A DNA stretch of 64,000 bases, taken from the NCBI GenBank assembly GCA_016208915.1, contig JACQXE010000005.1, forward strand, positions 2,177-66,176, written 5' to 3'. Position numbers and translations under genes: made by a program. This DNA is from Nitrospirota bacterium. GTDB taxonomy: Bacteria > Nitrospirota > Thermodesulfovibrionia > Thermodesulfovibrionales > UBA1546. A model generated the notes under the pieces. It did not search any database, was not told the DNA's origin, and saw only the letters and a list, made by a program, of their open reading frames with translations. This document shows positions 53,957 to 64,000 of the stretch, in pieces. How positions within the stretch are numbered: position 1 is the first letter of the stretch; every line of letters begins with the position of its first letter.

Positions 53957-55924
53957 TCATCCTTCATATACGACATTGCCCATATCACTTATATCATATC
54001 CGCCTAAGTTTATTACCATATTCCTGAACTCACTGTCTTCCCTGATGATGCTCAGAATAGCCTGAAGCATTTCTGTAGTATAAAATTCAGCTGGAATCGC
54101 AAGGTCATATCTCTCTTTAGCAACGGGGATAAAATCCAGTCCTAAGGCCTTTGCTGCTGCAAGTATTGCAAGTCCTGTGTCCGCTATACCGGTGAGAACA
54201 GCAGATGCAATACCCATATGTGTATATTCCTCTTTTTCATATCCCTTCACATTACTGGGATTCATACCGAGTTCCCTGAGATGTTTATCTGTCAATAATC
54301 TTGTGCCTGCACCGGCCTGCCTGTTAATGAAGACGACGTCATCTCTTAATAGATCTTTAAAGTCCTTTATATTTTTAGGATTTCCTTTCAGTACGAGCAG
54401 ACCCTGTTCCCTGTAAACTAAATTGACGAGTATTATTTTTTTATCAGGAAGAAGCCTCCTGATAAAAGACATATTATATTCGCCTGTCTCCTCATCAAGC
54501 AGATGAGTGCCTGCAATATGGGCCTCTCCCCTTTTCAATGAGACTAATCCGCCCATTGAACCAACATGGGCTGACGACAGGGAGAGCTTTGGATATTTCT
54601 TCTTCAATGAATTCGCAAGAAGGTCGAGCGCATTGTCATGGCTCCCTATGCAGACTATGGTATTCTCAATATCCTTTCTGGATCTCAGCAGTTCAACGTC
54701 AACCTCTGCACCGGCGCCCAGGCCTTCAGACATTGCCGGTATTCTCACAAAGCCGTCAGCACGCACCAGCGACATGAGTACGCCTGCACCCCGAGATACA
54801 GGCGTGGCTATAAAATTTTTACCCACCTTTCCAACCTTAACCCTTAAAAACTCTTCCTGTCCCAATGGAGATGCAATCTGTCTTGAAAGCTTTGCCTTTA
54901 AAATCTCTGCGGATTCTAATACAAGCCCCTGCCATTTTCTAATCACCGGCTCCGCAAAGATATTAAATGTTATGTATGCAGATACAGGATATCCAGGAAT
55001 ACCAAGCACCGGCCTGTTCTTAACCCAGCCAAGAATTACCGGCTTGCCCGGCTTTATATTCACGCCATGAAGGATTATCTCACCCAGATCTGCAATTGCC
55101 CTTGCTGTAAAATCCTCTGAGCCGGCAGATGCACCTGCATTAACAACAACCAGATCCCCGCTCTCGCAAGCCTTAAGTATCGTGGCTTTTATCTCATCAA
55201 ACCTGTCAGGCACAATACCAAGCCTTACAACATCTCCTCCCCATTCCGAAACAAGACTTCCGAGCACCCTTGAATTATATTCAATAATATCTCCTCTCTT
55301 TAGATGAGTCCCGGGTTCAACAATCTCAGTGCCGGTAGGGATGATTGCCACCTTCGGTTTTCTTCTTACCTTTATCTCAACATGACCGCTTGCCAGCATT
55401 GCACCTATATCAACAGGCCTTATCCTGTGATTCTCAGGGAGTATCAGTTCTGTTGCAACAATATCCTCGCCTATAACTCTGACATGCTGCCATGGTGTTG
55501 CAGGCTCTGTTATTTCTATATGTTCTATTTCTTCATCTGACTTCTGGCTTCTGTCTTCTGGCTTCCGGCTTCTGGTTATATTCACATCCTCTATCATTAT
55601 CACTGCATTGAATCCATCAGTAAGCGGGTCTCCTGTATCTACGTATACAGCCTGTTCCCCCATCTTGAGTTTCTTGGGGAATGTCTCGGATGCTCCAAAA
55701 GTATCGGGGAATCTGACTGCATAGCCGTCCATTGCCGACGAATGATAAAAAGGGGATGAGACTTTTGCCATTAATGGCTCTGCTGTTATTCTGCCTAAGG
55801 AGTCTTTGGCTGCAATGGTCTCTGCAGGCAATGGTTTAATGGCGTCTTCAGACCCAAGTCTGCTCAGCCATTTCTCTATTGCCTCGGTTAAGGAAGTTGT
55901 CTCAAGATAAATCTCGTTTTTCAA
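53957..55924 (-). CDS. moeA: MoeA fused to a periplasmic-binding (molybdate/tungstate-binding-like) domain
   Basis: SAMDGYAV, PGKP, GIPGYP; GSHD, HVGSMGG, INRQAGAGTR. Confidence 0.9.
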   Translation of the reverse strand: MKNEIYLETTSLTEAIEKWLSRLGSEDAIKPLPAETIAAKDSLGRITAEPLMAKVSSPFYHSSAMDGYAVRFPDTFGASETFPKKLKMGEQAVYVDTGDPLTDGFNAVIMIEDVNITRSRKPEDRSQKSDEEIEHIEITEPATPWQHVRVIGEDIVATELILPENHRIRPVDIGAMLASGHVEIKVRRKPKVAIIPTGTEIVEPGTHLKRGDIIEYNSRVLGSLVSEWGGDVVRLGIVPDRFDEIKATILKACESGDLVVVNAGASAGSEDFTARAIADLGEIILHGVNIKPGKPVILGWVKNRPVLGIPGYPVSAYITFNIFAEPVIRKWQGLVLESAEILKAKLSRQIASPLGQEEFLRVKVGKVGKNFIATPVSRGAGVLMSLVRADGFVRIPAMSEGLGAGAEVDVELLRSRKDIENTIVCIGSHDNALDLLANSLKKKYPKLSLSSAHVGSMGGLVSLKRGEAHIAGTHLLDEETGEYNMSFIRRLLPDKKIILVNLVYREQGLLVLKGNPKNIKDFKDLLRDDVVFINRQAGAGTRLLTDKHLRELGMNPSNVKGYEKEEYTHMGIASAVLTGIADTGLAILAAAKALGLDFIPVAKERYDLAIPAEFYTTEMLQAILSIIREDSEFRNMVINLGGYDISDMGNVVYEG

Positions 55925-56036
55925 TTCTGCCTCCTAAGTTTTCAGATAATACACCAATTATGAATTTCAATACAACTTGCGAATAGCAACTTATGTAAAA
56001 TTGACATATTTTTGTACACAATAGTAATATCTTTAC

Positions 56037-58367
56037 ATGGGAAAAGCTTCAAGAAAAAAGAGGCAAAAAGATGTAGATTTAAAGCAGACCTCAGTAAACA
56101 ATTTTTCAGAAATCAAAGAGACAGTTTACAAATTTCAAATCATTACCAAGCCGGTTTTCAGTTTTCTTCTCATAATAGTAATTGCTATTATTGCCTATTC
56201 AAATACCTTCACTGCTCCATTTATTTTTGACGATAAACCCAGCATTATTGATAATCCTTTAATAAAAGACCTTAACAACTTTTTTTCGTCTTCAAAGGGA
56301 TATGAATTTAACCCCCGGCGTTTTATCGGTTATTTTACCTTTGCTTTGAACTATCATTTTGGAGGGCTTGATGTAACAGGCTATCACATAATTAACCTTG
56401 CAATACATATTATCAATGCAATGCTGGTCTATTTCCTTGTCCTTCTTACATTCAGAACACCGTATTTTATGCTGCAAGGGTCAGGGGTCAAGACTCAAAG
56501 GTCAAGAGGAAAAGAGGCAGAATCGCCAGCCACAATTCACAGTTCACGATTCGAGTCTTTCATCGCCCTTTTTTCAGCCCTTTTGTTTATATCCCATCCC
56601 ATACAGACTCAGGCAGTGACATACATTGTACAAAGGTTTGCCTCGCTTGCTACAATGTTTTACCTTCTTTCAGTTGTTCTCTATATCAAAGGCAGATTGA
56701 AGTGGGAGCAGCAGAACAGCAGCGCAGCAGACCAACAGAAGGAAAACAAAAACTACTACATTACTGCACTATTGCTCTATTGCGCTTCTGTTATCTCTGC
56801 TGTGCTTGCCATGATGACAAAGGAGATAGCATTCACACTGCCGATAATAATAGTTCTTTTTGAATTTGTGTTCTTCAGTTCCAACTTGAAGAAAAGGCTT
56901 CTTTTTCTTTCGCCTATCCTTCTAACTCTTGTAATCATCCCTATAAGTATCATTGCATCAGATAAACCCCTCGGGGAGCTACTTTCCGACTTGAGTGAAC
57001 AGGCAAAGGACACCAAGGATATATCCAGATGGGACTACCTTATTACCCAGATTAGGGTAATCACAACATACACAAGGCTAATATTCCTGCCGATAAACCA
57101 GAATCTTGACTATGACTATCCTATATATCATTCATTATTCACACCTTCTGTGTTTTTTTCTTCTCTGTTTTTGTTGTCAATATTTGGCTTAGCTGTGTAT
57201 CTTTTATATAGATCACGGTTCACAGTCGACAGTTCACAGTCTGTTGCCCTGAACCTTATGCCTATCACCTATTACCGCCTTATATCCTTCGGTATTTTCT
57301 GGTTTTTTATTACATTATCTGTTGAATCAAGTATTATTCCTATAAGAGATGTGATATTCGAGCACAGGGTTTATCTGCCGTCGGTTGGGGCATTTATAGC
57401 AGTAACTACAACTGTGTTTATAGGCGCAAAATTTTTAGAGGAGAGATGGCCGAATACATGGAAAGCATTTATTTCAGTGCTTGTTTTAATAACGATTGCT
57501 TTTTCAGGAGCTACATATGCGCGGAACCGTGTATGGAAGGATAATATTACCTTATGGGGGGATGTCATAAGCAAGTCTCCTAATAAAGCAAGAGGATACA
57601 ATAGTCTTGGACTTTCCTATGATGAAAACGGTCAACTTGAAAACGCAATCAAGGCGTATAACAGCGCACTTGCCGCTGATCCCAATGATGCCTCTGTTTA
57701 TAATAATCTTGGCAATGTTTATTACGAAAAAGGTTATTTTTATGAAGCCATGAATGCGTATAAAAAGGCCATTGCCCTCGACCCTGAATATTTTGAAGTC
57801 CGCACTAATCTCGGAAAATTATATTATGAAAAGGGACTTATCGATGAAGCCATAGAAGAGTATCTAACTGTATTAACACTTGTCTCTGATTCTCCAGTCA
57901 CACACAATAATCTCGGCGCTGCTTACTGGTCTAAAGGCATGTTTGATAAGGCAATAGAACATTGTCGGCTTGCCATACAATTAAAACCTGATTATGCAGA
58001 GGCCTATCACAACCTTGCTCTTGCTTATATAAGTAAAGGGATGATAGATCAGGCTATAGAACATTTCAATATTGCTATTAAATTAATGCCTGATAATTTT
58101 GTCATGTATCACAATTTAGGAGTTGCTTATGAAAAGAAAGGCATGTCGGATCAGGCAATAGAACATCTAAAGATTGCTATAAAGCTGAACCCTGATTACC
58201 CTGACACACACAATTATCTTGGTCTTATCTACGGAGCCAAGGGGATGATTGATAAGGCAATAGAAAATTTTCAGATAGCCTTAAGACTTCAACCTGATTA
58301 TGCGGATGCCCGTAAAAATCTCGCCCTCGCCTTAAGCTCTAAAGACAATCATCCTTTAAAACCTTAA
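56037..58367 (+). CDS. TMTC-like membrane protein (GT-C-like TMs + TPR repeats) with three repeat-derived inserts
   Basis: FIFDD, HPIQTQAVTYIVQR, FEHRVYLPS, RNRVW; about 7-8 TPRs. Confidence 0.88.
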   Translation: MGKASRKKRQKDVDLKQTSVNNFSEIKETVYKFQIITKPVFSFLLIIVIAIIAYSNTFTAPFIFDDKPSIIDNPLIKDLNNFFSSSKGYEFNPRRFIGYFTFALNYHFGGLDVTGYHIINLAIHIINAMLVYFLVLLTFRTPYFMLQGSGVKTQRSRGKEAESPATIHSSRFESFIALFSALLFISHPIQTQAVTYIVQRFASLATMFYLLSVVLYIKGRLKWEQQNSSAADQQKENKNYYITALLLYCASVISAVLAMMTKEIAFTLPIIIVLFEFVFFSSNLKKRLLFLSPILLTLVIIPISIIASDKPLGELLSDLSEQAKDTKDISRWDYLITQIRVITTYTRLIFLPINQNLDYDYPIYHSLFTPSVFFSSLFLLSIFGLAVYLLYRSRFTVDSSQSVALNLMPITYYRLISFGIFWFFITLSVESSIIPIRDVIFEHRVYLPSVGAFIAVTTTVFIGAKFLEERWPNTWKAFISVLVLITIAFSGATYARNRVWKDNITLWGDVISKSPNKARGYNSLGLSYDENGQLENAIKAYNSALAADPNDASVYNNLGNVYYEKGYFYEAMNAYKKAIALDPEYFEVRTNLGKLYYEKGLIDEAIEEYLTVLTLVSDSPVTHNNLGAAYWSKGMFDKAIEHCRLAIQLKPDYAEAYHNLALAYISKGMIDQAIEHFNIAIKLMPDNFVMYHNLGVAYEKKGMSDQAIEHLKIAIKLNPDYPDTHNYLGLIYGAKGMIDKAIENFQIALRLQPDYADARKNLALALSSKDNHPLKP

Positions 58368-59477
58368 AAAAGCCCCTATTCCGCCTGCATCTGACAAGTC
58401 TTTATTCTTAGCTACTACTTCTATTACTGCGCCGCTCTCTACTGCCCTCTGGCTCGCAAGGTCAACGAGATAATTTACCTCCTCTACATCTCCCTTGCAA
58501 TAAGGACAGGAAGATATTTTCTGCTTTGAAAGATACCTGCAGTTTCTGCACGCATATCCTGAGTCACTGAAGTCCTTGACAAATAAGAGCCTCATAACCT
58601 TACCTTCCTGAATTGCACTCAGAACATTCTCGATCCCGACAACTGCATTCTCTCTTTTCATTGCCCTTGTGAGCAATTCAGCTATCGTCTCTTTATGCTT
58701 TTTCATCTCAAATCCCTCTATCACAGGCTTTAATTTTTCCAATATCTCATTGGTATTTGCAAGCATCTCTGTGTGGAAGGTTCCTATTATTTTTTCACCC
58801 AATGTCTTTGGAATCATCGCCTTTACCTTTGAGACTGCATCCTCAGAACCTCCTATAACTATCCTTTCTATTTTCTCTTCTGATAAAAAGGACTCAAGCC
58901 TTTTCATAACGTCTTTCAGATGCAATGAAACATGATAATCTATATGCCTTTCAAATCTATGCCCTGAGAGTGAAAACCAGCCTCCCCTCTTATGCCTTCC
59001 GGGTATGCCGGGCGTATGTATCTCGCCGTATTCTTCAATCTCTCCGAGATGCAGAAGAAAAAGGCGCGCAGATTCTTTGTCGACCAGAAGCACAGCATAC
59101 CGTTGATAGTTATCAAGTATGTCAAGCAGAGGTTCGATGTTCGGCGTCTTTTCAACTACAAGCCGGTTCTTCACAGGAACAGCAAGATGATACTCCTTCC
59201 AGAATGACTTTTCTAAGGAACTTATGATAGCAAGTCCTTTTTTAAAATTCTTTTTGCTGCCGATAATAAATGACTCAATCTTATCGAGGTCTTTTTTAAC
59301 TCTCTTGAATACTGCTTTATCCATCTGTTCGGAAGTATCCCTGAGAATATTCTTAAAGTGTATTGTGTAATCACCTTTAGGATTTGTAACCGGATCCACG
59401 TTTAGATAGAGACTTACATAATACTCTTTATCAGAGTGCCATTTTGCAATTTCCTTCAGTTCTTCCCTGTTAAGCAT
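58356..59477 (-). CDS. Bacterial archaeo-eukaryotic release factor 1-like protein (baeRF)
   Basis: VSLYL, RHKRGGW, Zn ribbon CRNC/CPYC, GGIGAFLRF. Confidence 0.85.
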   Translation of the reverse strand: MLNREELKEIAKWHSDKEYYVSLYLNVDPVTNPKGDYTIHFKNILRDTSEQMDKAVFKRVKKDLDKIESFIIGSKKNFKKGLAIISSLEKSFWKEYHLAVPVKNRLVVEKTPNIEPLLDILDNYQRYAVLLVDKESARLFLLHLGEIEEYGEIHTPGIPGRHKRGGWFSLSGHRFERHIDYHVSLHLKDVMKRLESFLSEEKIERIVIGGSEDAVSKVKAMIPKTLGEKIIGTFHTEMLANTNEILEKLKPVIEGFEMKKHKETIAELLTRAMKRENAVVGIENVLSAIQEGKVMRLLFVKDFSDSGYACRNCRYLSKQKISSCPYCKGDVEEVNYLVDLASQRAVESGAVIEVVAKNKDLSDAGGIGAFLRF

Positions 59478-60519
59478 TTGTCCCTCCTTCTATACTCCTG
59501 AATATTTCAAAGACTGAAAGGAAGAGAGCCAGGACCAAAGGCCCCATTATGAACCCTATAAAACCCATAAATTCCATTCCGCCGAGCACGCTGAAGAATA
59601 TAAGAAGTGTCGGCATCTTCGTCCTGCCGCTTATGATAATTGGTCTCAGTATATTATCCACTATGCCGATAACCAAAGCGCCAAAAAGCAAAAGCCCCAT
59701 ACCCTTCATATAACTGCCCTGAATTATCAGATAGCCGCTCACAGGCCCCCATATCGAAAATGTCCCTAACATAGGGAGGAATGACATTATAGACATTGCA
59801 GTTCCCCACAGGACAGGCGCTTTAATATCGAGCGCAAAAAAAGCAATCCCTCCGAGCAGTCCCTGGACAATCGCAACAACAACGCCTCCATATACTGTTG
59901 AAACAGTCATGTCCTTAATCTGTAATGCAAGCCTGTCCTTTTGCTTTTCTGAAAACGGCAGATAGTCTTTTATCTTCTTCAGAAAATCAGGACCATCCTT
60001 TAGCAGGAAAAATACTGCAAAGGCCATAAATATAAAATCAATAATAGCCCGTGTTATATTCGCTGCCCAGAGAGATATATTATCAAGAATTCCCTGCCCA
60101 AACTTTTTAAGATTCCCCGCTATGACGTCTCCGACCGCTAATCCCTTGACGCCGAGATAAGACTGCACCTTTGAGATTATACGCGCTACAGGAGGCGACG
60201 CAAATACGTTCTCAATAGAATCAATGAGATCTTTATCTATCTTCTCTGCAACATCCCTTAGTTCCTCAATAAGCACAAAAGAAAGAGATATAAATGGACC
60301 TACTATAATAAGGAGAATCAGGATAACAGTTAAAAGAGACGCAATAAATTTTGATTTTATGCTGCTTAAAATGACCTTGTATAAAGGATAAAATACAATA
60401 GTAAAAACCCCTGCCCATGCGATAGCGTTAAAGAATGGATGGAGTATCTGATATGAAAGATAACCGAGGAAAAGCAATATTGCCATTGAGGTAACTACGT
60501 AGAATTTATTTACCGGCAA
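59470..60519 (-). CDS. AI-2E family transporter
   Basis: DNILRP, GFIMGPLVLA; GGAGG RBS before TTG 60519. Confidence 0.88.
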   Translation of the reverse strand: MPVNKFYVVTSMAILLFLGYLSYQILHPFFNAIAWAGVFTIVFYPLYKVILSSIKSKFIASLLTVILILLIIVGPFISLSFVLIEELRDVAEKIDKDLIDSIENVFASPPVARIISKVQSYLGVKGLAVGDVIAGNLKKFGQGILDNISLWAANITRAIIDFIFMAFAVFFLLKDGPDFLKKIKDYLPFSEKQKDRLALQIKDMTVSTVYGGVVVAIVQGLLGGIAFFALDIKAPVLWGTAMSIMSFLPMLGTFSIWGPVSGYLIIQGSYMKGMGLLLFGALVIGIVDNILRPIIISGRTKMPTLLIFFSVLGGMEFMGFIGFIMGPLVLALFLSVFEIFRSIEGGTNA

Positions 60520-61183
60520 CTGAAGCCTCCGTGAAAATCCGGAATATGTTTGATGAAAAATCTTCCATAGAACGTTCAGGATGCCATTGCACACCCAGAA
60601 GGAACGGATAATCTTCCATGTACAGCGCCTCTATGATATTATCAGCCGAAAATGCAACTGCCTTTAAATCCCGGCCCAAAACCTTTACCGCCTGATGATG
60701 CGAGGTGTCCACACTGAACTCGCCATTTTCAATGAGATTATTGCTGTTCACCCTGATTATATGATAGCCCTTTCTATGCTCTATTGCCAGAGGAATCTGG
60801 AGTTTTATGTCCTGATAAAGATTCCCTCCAAAGGCAACATTGATAAGCTGCATTCCATAACATATTCCCAAAACAGGTTTTTTAAGCTTAATCATCTCTT
60901 GCAGGACTGCTAACTCAAAATCGCTTCTGCTTTTATCCACAATCTTCATAATAGCTGATACCTGATCTCCTCCAGCCATCTCTTCCTTATAATAAGAGGG
61001 CTTCAGGTCGTCTCCACCAGATATGAGCAGCCCGTCAATTTTTAAGGCAAGGAATTCTGTATTTTTCGAAGGGGACAACAATACAGCGCACGCACCTGCG
61101 TTTTCGACAGCATCTGCGTACTGCCTCCTGAGTTTTAGATAATCACCATCAATACCGGTTGTTATACCTATGAGCGGCCTCAA
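60506..61183 (-). CDS. Peptidase C26 / gamma-glutamyl-gamma-aminobutyrate hydrolase family
   Basis: DGLLISGG, LGICYGMQ, HHQAV, GVQWHPE. Confidence 0.9.
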   Translation of the reverse strand: MRPLIGITTGIDGDYLKLRRQYADAVENAGACAVLLSPSKNTEFLALKIDGLLISGGDDLKPSYYKEEMAGGDQVSAIMKIVDKSRSDFELAVLQEMIKLKKPVLGICYGMQLINVAFGGNLYQDIKLQIPLAIEHRKGYHIIRVNSNNLIENGEFSVDTSHHQAVKVLGRDLKAVAFSADNIIEALYMEDYPFLLGVQWHPERSMEDFSSNIFRIFTEASVAGK

Positions 61184-61189
61184 TGCTTT

Positions 61190-63247
61190 TTAGACCCTCA
61201 GTCTTCCACCGGTCTTCTCTGTTATATAACCTACTATGCCCTGATGAAGTTCTTCCACCTCTGCCTCTGTGAGGGTTCTGGAAGGTAATCTGTATCTTAT
61301 ATTAAACGCGAGGCTCTTCTTTCCTTCGGGTATGTTCTGGCCCTTATAAAGATCAAAGATCGAGACCTCTTCGATAAGTTCAGAAGGATAGCCTTTAATC
61401 AGTCCCTCTAATTCAGAAGCGCTGAGGCTTTCATCAACAATAATTGCTATATCACGCTCGATTGAAGGGAACTTCGGTACTGGAGAATATTTCATGGATA
61501 CAGGGACCAGGGATATCAATTTATCCATATCTATCTCAAAAACAATAATCTCAGGTTTTGATATCTTTAAAGCCAGCCTTTCAACTGTCATAGGCGACAG
61601 CGCTCCGAGGAAACCGATATCTGTGCCTGAAATCTGAAACCTGCATGACTGCCCTGCATGGAGAAAAGGCTCCTCAGATGAAGAAAAACCATATTCATGT
61701 ATATGAAGGTCCTTCATTAAAGACTCTATCATGCCCTTGACAAGATAAAAGCTTCCTGCATCTTCCTTCCATAATGAAGGCGTCTTTTCTCTGTAATAAA
61801 TCCCGCTGAGACATGAGATTTCAAGAGGCAGAGGTCTTCCCATATTTTCGAATATCCTTGCCACCTCAAAAATCCTTATATCCTTAACACCCCTTGAGAA
61901 ATTATGCAGAAAGTTTTCGATCATGGAAGGCATAAGGGTTGTGCGAAGCAGCGAATTTTCTTTCCTTAATGGGTTCTGGATTGAGATTGTATTGCGTCTC
62001 CTGTCCTCCTGAGCGATATTGAGCATATCAAGATTAGCCTCGTTCATAAAACTGTAATTTATCGCCTCATTGAATCCTGCATTGCTTATAATATCCTTTA
62101 TCCTCTGAACAGTCATGCGCCTGTGGTCTGTGTCGGCTGCTGAAATAAATGCCTTGGGAAGAGTGGTCTTTATCCTGTTATAACCATATATGCGGGCTAT
62201 CTCCTCTATAATGTCGGTATCCCTTTTGATATCAGGCCTGAATGCCGGCGGCGTTGCAGTGAAGGAATCAGTATCATGCTGCACTATATCTATCTTGAGT
62301 CTTTTACTTATGTTGACCATATCTTCATGAGAAATAGTGGTTCCTAAAATCCTGTTAACTTTATCGTATCTGACGTTTACAGAGACAGGCACAAATCTCT
62401 TGGGATAAACATCTAATTTTCCATATACTTTGCCGTCTGCGATTTTCTGCATCAGAGATGCTGCCCTGTCAAGGGCCATGCTCAGAAATTCTATGTCAGC
62501 GCCCCTTTCAAACCTGTAAGACGACTCTGATTTAAGACTTAAGGTCCTTGATGTCCTTCTTATCGAGGTCGGCTCAAAAAATGCGCTCTCAAGAAATACA
62601 TCCTTTGTAGAAGCAGTCACTTCTGTCTCTGCGCCCCCCATTATTCCTGCAATTGCAACAGGCCTTTTATCATCCCATATAAGAAGGGTGTCCCCGGACA
62701 GTTTTCTCTCCAGGCCATCAAGCGTCACAATTCTATCCACCTGCCCTGCAACTCCAACTTTTATCCTGCTGCCATCGAGCGTATTCAGGTCAAAGGCATG
62801 GAGGGGATGGCCCAACTCCATAAGGACATAGTTCGTTATATCCACTATATTATTTATCGATCTTGTCCCGCATTTGGTTATTCTCTTTGCAAGCCACTCG
62901 GGAGAATCCGATATTTTTACTCCCTTAACAATTCTGCCAGCATACCTGTGACATAAATCTTCATCCATAATTTCAATCCTGAAATCATCTTTTGAAACCT
63001 GCTCTTTTATATCATATTCAGGAAGCCTGAGAGACAGATTAAGCGCTGCGGACAGCTCTCTTGCAATACCGAAAATACTGAGACAGTCTGGTCTGTTTGG
63101 GGTGACATTAACCTCAAATACCGCATCATCGCCAAGTCTTTCAACTGCCTCAACCTCAAGTCCTATCATTGTGAGAGTATGGGCAACTTCATCAGCGCCT
63201 AAACTAATATCAATAAATTCCTTCAGCCATTCAAAGGGGACACGCAT
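61190..63247 (-). CDS. pheT: Phenylalanine-tRNA ligase beta subunit (short form without OB domain)
   Basis: TPNRPDCLS, DITNYV, RFERG, C-terminal FDX-ACB. Confidence 0.95.
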   Translation of the reverse strand: MRVPFEWLKEFIDISLGADEVAHTLTMIGLEVEAVERLGDDAVFEVNVTPNRPDCLSIFGIARELSAALNLSLRLPEYDIKEQVSKDDFRIEIMDEDLCHRYAGRIVKGVKISDSPEWLAKRITKCGTRSINNIVDITNYVLMELGHPLHAFDLNTLDGSRIKVGVAGQVDRIVTLDGLERKLSGDTLLIWDDKRPVAIAGIMGGAETEVTASTKDVFLESAFFEPTSIRRTSRTLSLKSESSYRFERGADIEFLSMALDRAASLMQKIADGKVYGKLDVYPKRFVPVSVNVRYDKVNRILGTTISHEDMVNISKRLKIDIVQHDTDSFTATPPAFRPDIKRDTDIIEEIARIYGYNRIKTTLPKAFISAADTDHRRMTVQRIKDIISNAGFNEAINYSFMNEANLDMLNIAQEDRRRNTISIQNPLRKENSLLRTTLMPSMIENFLHNFSRGVKDIRIFEVARIFENMGRPLPLEISCLSGIYYREKTPSLWKEDAGSFYLVKGMIESLMKDLHIHEYGFSSSEEPFLHAGQSCRFQISGTDIGFLGALSPMTVERLALKISKPEIIVFEIDMDKLISLVPVSMKYSPVPKFPSIERDIAIIVDESLSASELEGLIKGYPSELIEEVSIFDLYKGQNIPEGKKSLAFNIRYRLPSRTLTEAEVEELHQGIVGYITEKTGGRLRV

Positions 63248-63348
63248 GGTATGTATTATATCTTTGATAGTGAAAGATTGACAAGGGAAAGTTTGGCTGA
63301 TAGAATTCTTTAATATATTGAATTGTTAACCATATCCGGAGGTGAAAA

Positions 63349-63846
63349 ATGGCTGATGAACATTCCTTTGATATCGTAAGTAAAGTGGATATGCAGGAGG
63401 TATTGAATGCCGTCCAGCAGTCTACGAAGGAGATGAGCCAGAGGTTTGATTTCAAGGGAAGCAAAAGCAGCATAGACCTAAATAAGGATAAAGGAGAAAT
63501 CACACTTATTGCTGACGATGACTATAAACTCAAAAGCGTAACTGATATACTCCAGTCAAAACTTGCAAAGCGGGGCGTCTCGCTTAAATCGCTCCAGTAC
63601 GGCAAGCTCGAGCAGGCTGCCGGCGGCGCTATAAGACAGACTATCACGCTTCAGCAGGGCATAGCTCAGGAAAAAGCAAAGGAGATTGTAAAAATTATTA
63701 AAGACTCAAAACTCAAGGTTCAGGCAGAGATACAGAAGGATCAGGTGCGTGTAAAGGCGAAAAAAATAGACGACCTCCAGACAATCATGGGTATATTAAA
63801 AGGAAAAGATCTGGGGATACATATGGAGTTCGCAAATTACAGGTGA
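63349..63846 (+). CDS. yajQ: YajQ family nucleotide/c-di-GMP-binding protein
   Basis: SFDIVS, RFDFKG, QVRV, DDLQ, NYR. Confidence 0.93.
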   Translation: MADEHSFDIVSKVDMQEVLNAVQQSTKEMSQRFDFKGSKSSIDLNKDKGEITLIADDDYKLKSVTDILQSKLAKRGVSLKSLQYGKLEQAAGGAIRQTITLQQGIAQEKAKEIVKIIKDSKLKVQAEIQKDQVRVKAKKIDDLQTIMGILKGKDLGIHMEFANYR

Positions 63847-63928
63847 GACTTAAAATTATCGATATTTCTCAAATTCTGCATTTTCTTGTAGAATATACTA
63901 TGTCTGAATATAAACAAAGGAGGGGTTA

Positions 63929-64000
63929 ATGGAAAAGAAAAAGTTTATATTTATCCTTAATCATGCAACCTCAAATCCTATGGAAGTGATTGGTCTTATG
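63929..64000 (+). CDS. Partial CDS, possibly DsrE-family
   Basis: AAGGAGG RBS; MEKKKFIFILNHATSNP open to the window edge. Confidence 0.4.
   Translation, partial: MEKKKFIFILNHATSNPMEVIGLM

Overview
64-kb bacterial chromosomal segment, about 40% GC by eye. The gene content (reductive-type dsrA-dsrB-dsrD, NrpR, split glutamate synthase, LpxL, TolC) fits an anaerobic Gram-negative sulfite/sulfate reducer, most plausibly Nitrospirota/Thermodesulfovibrionia-like; this taxonomy is an inference. Layout: (1) 0.1-7.5 kb: sulfur-relay genes, a 5-heme cytochrome split by an in-frame UGA plus SECIS-like hairpin (ExtKL-type selenoprotein), a DUF134/NifX/FmdB cluster with its own palindromic operator and a second Sec candidate, and a heme-sensor kinase. 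(2) 7.5-34.5 kb: a large nitrogen-assimilation cluster with 2 nrpR, 2 glnA, glnE, 4 PII, 2 amtB, a NifA-like sigma54 activator without nif genes in the window, an ATPase-XRE-cupin regulator, 2 stand-alone FMN glutamate synthase subunits and a split gltB/gltD. Much of its wiring can be read from the DNA: five copies of a GGTAAAY-GGTWACC-RTTTACC operator; two sigma54 promoters with identical UAS/IHF/-24/-12 spacing; a stand-alone copy of the activator's HTH as first gene of its target operon (candidate feedback anti-activator); a separate palindrome on the second glnA operon; and an operator-covered, terminator-ended ~70-nt transcript ahead of gltB. (3) dsrABD and housekeeping genes. (4) 44.8-47.65 kb: an integron-like cassette array with no integrase in the window, carrying a TIR/deoxyribosyltransferase-like protein and a toxin-antitoxin pair. 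(5) Housekeeping genes. Short 7/8-bp tandem-repeat insertions and nested GC palindromes are scattered through the window, several in frame inside proteins. All calls are by eye from motifs; no database searches were run.
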